Shown here in pieces: positions 21,863 through 24,000 of a stretch of DNA of 24,000 nt. Origin of the DNA: Solobacterium sp. (GTDB lineage Bacteria > Bacillota_I > Bacilli_A > Erysipelotrichales > Erysipelotrichaceae); assembly GCA_022486705.1 (NCBI GenBank), contig JAKVKC010000016.1, positions 17,213-41,212 of the forward strand, read 5' to 3'. The position numbers were made by a program, and so were the translations under genes. Under the pieces are notes generated by a model. It worked only from the letters and a program-made list of their open reading frames with translations, had not been told where the DNA came from and made no database searches. Numbering within the stretch: position 1 is the stretch's first letter; every line of letters starts with the position of its first letter.

Positions 21863-22686
21863 TGAAAGTACACTTCACAAAGGAACAGGTAACGGAGCAT
21901 ATCTATCGTATCAGAGGCATTGGCGATGCATGCATGTACTACATTCATGGAAACAGTAGCGGGCTGCTGATCGATACTGCTTATGGCGTCGGCGACTTAC
22001 AATCTTTTATCGATACTGCTTTTGACCAGCCTTATGAAGTGGTGATCACACACGGACATGCGGATCACGCCAATGGGATTGCACAGTGGAAAGAGGTATA
22101 TCTGAATCGGTTGGATCGAGATCTTTATTATACGAAAACAGCGATTTCTTTAAGAAGGATCATGCTGAAAAGAACGGTCCCGGATATTGATACTTATCCT
22201 GATACGGAATTTCAAAAACAATTTCTCGGAACATTCAAAGATATTGAGGATGGCATGATATTCGATCTTGGAAACTGTACGGTACAGACGATCGGTGCAC
22301 CTGGACATACGCAGGGCATGATGGTCCTGCTGGTCAGAGAGGATCGTACAGCATTATTCGGCGACGCATGCGGTGTCTGTACATTCTTATTCAAACCCGA
22401 ATCATCTACGGTGGCTGAATACTGCAGAACATTGCAGAAACTTCAGTCATATGAAGATCGCTTTGATATTGTACTTCGGCAGCATGGTACCTGTTCTTCA
22501 GCCAAATCAATAACCGATGAGAACCTTGAAACAGCCAAAAAAATAATTGCCGGGACCGATGCACATCTTCCGTTTGATTATTTAGGGGAACATGTTTGGA
22601 TGGCCGAACCTTATGATCCTGCTACAGGTATGCGCAAGGATGGCAAATCGGGAAATATTGTATACAGTATGGACAAGATAAAGTAA
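21862..22686 (+). CDS. MBL-fold metallo-hydrolase, substrate unknown
   Basis: 274 aa. VVITHGHADHANG (HxHxDH), APGHTQG and LFGDACG motifs. ATG overlaps the chbG-like stop by 1 nt (TAATG). Confidence 0.8.
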   Translation: MKVHFTKEQVTEHIYRIRGIGDACMYYIHGNSSGLLIDTAYGVGDLQSFIDTAFDQPYEVVITHGHADHANGIAQWKEVYLNRLDRDLYYTKTAISLRRIMLKRTVPDIDTYPDTEFQKQFLGTFKDIEDGMIFDLGNCTVQTIGAPGHTQGMMVLLVREDRTALFGDACGVCTFLFKPESSTVAEYCRTLQKLQSYEDRFDIVLRQHGTCSSAKSITDENLETAKKIIAGTDAHLPFDYLGEHVWMAEPYDPATGMRKDGKSGNIVYSMDKIK

Positions 22687-22691
22687 GCATA

Positions 22692-22723
22692 AAAAATGAT
22701 TCCTTCATTCTGGAATCATTTTT
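22692..22723. terminator. Bidirectional rho-independent terminator between convergent MBL and nanK-like genes
   Basis: AAAAATGATTCC (22692-22703), loop ttcattct, GGAATCATTTTT (22712-22723). Perfect 12-bp complementarity, with an A-run on the left and a T-run on the right serving both strands. Confidence 0.7.
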
Positions 22724-22737
22724 ATATACACGCATGT

Positions 22738-23637
22738 TTATTGATTGGTGATTTTTTCCTTTACATTTCTCATAGCACCATAGAGCCCTGCCTGATTGCC
22801 TAACTGAGCAGATACAATTGTTACATCCTGAAAGCCGGGAATAGCAGAAGCACGGATGCGTTTCTGGATCTCAGCCAGAACAAATGGCTGTTCCAAAATA
22901 CCGCCGCCAAGTACGAGACAGGGAATGTTGTATATGTGCAGGATGCTGAGCAGGCCGACAGTTACTTCATCCAGCCATGCATTCACAGCTTCTTTGACGT
23001 TTGCCTCCTCTATTCTGGCAAAGATCCTGCGGCCATTATCCAGTGAAGGATCTGCTTTTTCAGCAATCCTGACGAGAGCTGCTGTGGATGCACAGCGCTC
23101 ATAGCTGCCGGCAAAAGGATCATTTGGATCTCTTCGTTCGGGATGCGTGATCAGACCGCCGATCATCAGATTGGCACTGCCGCCCTTGCCATAATAAGGC
23201 TGATGATCAAGGATGACACCGCCGCCGATGCCGGTACCGTAGGTGATGCAGATATAGTCGGCCTGCCCTTTGGCTGCGCCATCTGTACCTTCGCCAACAG
23301 CTGCACAGTAGGCATCATTCATCACCGCACATGGGCAATGAAAATGATCGGCAAAGAAGGCCTGTACATTGGTGCCGGTATAGCCTGGCAGATTCTCATT
23401 GGCATAGCGGATGATACCGGTATTTGGATCGACCTGTCCAGCCGTACTGATGCCGACAGCGTCAAAAGGACCGATGCTTTCCAACAGCTTGACTGCGTTC
23501 TGCAGCATGACTTTCGCTCCCTGCTTTGCCATCGTATCTGCTTCATCTGTTCTGAGCAGTTTCCCTTCTTCAAAAAGACCTGCTTTGATGCGGGTGCCGC
23601 CGATATCAAGGGCAGCAATGCGCATAGAGGAAGTCAT
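22738..23637 (-). CDS. nanK: ROK-family sugar kinase, probable N-acetylmannosamine kinase
   Basis: 299 aa. MRIAALDIGGTRIKAGL (ATP-binding DxGGT). GTGIGGGVIL. ATGA overlap with nanE (23634-23637). The classical ROK CxCGxxGC zinc motif is not visible (region reads PFAGSYERCAS). As I recall, this has been reported for some Gram-positive/Fusobacterium NanK enzymes. Confidence 0.7.
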   Translation of the reverse strand: MTSSMRIAALDIGGTRIKAGLFEEGKLLRTDEADTMAKQGAKVMLQNAVKLLESIGPFDAVGISTAGQVDPNTGIIRYANENLPGYTGTNVQAFFADHFHCPCAVMNDAYCAAVGEGTDGAAKGQADYICITYGTGIGGGVILDHQPYYGKGGSANLMIGGLITHPERRDPNDPFAGSYERCASTAALVRIAEKADPSLDNGRRIFARIEEANVKEAVNAWLDEVTVGLLSILHIYNIPCLVLGGGILEQPFVLAEIQKRIRASAIPGFQDVTIVSAQLGNQAGLYGAMRNVKEKITNQ

Positions 23638-24000
23638 TGCTTGATCACCGCCGTAAACTTCTTGGTGATCTGCAGCGGACGGGTGATTGCACCGCCGACG
23701 ACGGCACAGTGCACACCAAGATCCAGAGCTGTCCTAAGCTGGTCTGGCGTACCGATGTTGCCTTCGGCAATGACTGGCCTGCCGCAATTCTTTACTAAGT
23801 ATTCGATCATATCAAAAGGCGGCACGGTCCTTCCTTCTGTGTAGGAAGTATAGCCTGCCATCGTTGTACCGATCAGATCAAAGCCCATTTCTGCAGCAGC
23901 CATGCCTTCTTCTTGTGAAGAGCAGTCTGCCATGAATAGCTGCTCTGGGTAGAGTCGCCGGACTTGTGCAAAGAAATGTTCTAAGTTCTCCCCATATGGC
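23634..24000 (-). CDS. nanE: N-acetylmannosamine-6-phosphate 2-epimerase; partial, 5' end beyond the window
   Basis: The frame stays open upstream of the track's Met: ...PYGENLEHFFAQVRRLYPEQLFMADCSSQEEG. C-terminal DLIGTTMAGYT...RPVIAEGNIGTPDQL...AVVGGAITRPLQITKKF is typical of NanE. Confidence 0.85.
   Translation of the reverse strand, partial: PYGENLEHFFAQVRRLYPEQLFMADCSSQEEGMAAAEMGFDLIGTTMAGYTSYTEGRTVPPFDMIEYLVKNCGRPVIAEGNIGTPDQLRTALDLGVHCAVVGGAITRPLQITKKFTAVIKQ

Noticed and set aside
23143-23844. 233-aa plus-strand ORF across the nanK/nanE junction, plus 77-98-aa ORFs nearby
   Set aside because: They lie antisense to two well-supported genes and span their junction. The composition is typical of reverse-frame translation of a GC-richer coding region.
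1-24000. CRISPR arrays, tRNA/rRNA genes, IS elements, prophage or integrase remnants, long tandem repeats
   Set aside because: I looked through all intergenic regions (every one is under 160 bp) and found none. Nearly the entire window is accounted for by the listed CDSs.

Overview
By eye this is a low/mid-GC Bacillota-type region (AGGAGG-type RBSs, PTS/PRD regulation, many ATGA start/stop overlaps). It reads as a host-glycan/glycopeptide scavenging island next to a small rex-linked operon. I saw no rRNA, tRNA, CRISPR array, IS element or integrase. Layout, left to right: (1) Minus strand: a candidate promoter plus terminator-like leader, a divergent Rex-like repressor, then two translationally coupled MutS-domain-V-only ATPase paralogs. 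The leftmost paralog (1..1306) runs off the window and is missing from the supplied ORF track; I translated it by hand. (2) Minus strand: aspartate ammonia-lyase. (3) PRD/HTH regulator 1 (minus), divergent from a long plus-strand operon: YitT membrane protein, cytoplasmic glycosylasparaginase, CutC, PTS EIIA(Lac family), RDD-like membrane protein, EIIB, EIIC, a small GrdB-N-terminal-like protein, an internal terminator-like hairpin, an M42 peptidase homolog with all metal ligands substituted, an intact M42 aminopeptidase, a short M20/PepV-like dipeptidase, and an AEC transporter. (4) PRD/HTH regulator 2 (minus), divergent from an EIIB-EIIC fusion, a YdjC/ChbG deacetylase and an MBL hydrolase. 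(5) A bidirectional terminator, then convergent nanE (partial) and a nanK-like ROK kinase. Main hypothesis (inference): operon (3) is a PTS-based route for GlcNAc-Asn/N-glycopeptide catabolism. The glycosylasparaginase would occupy the slot normally held by a phospho-beta-glycosidase, the peptidases would trim the peptide, and aspartase would consume the released aspartate. All family assignments rest on motifs recognised by eye; no database search was run.
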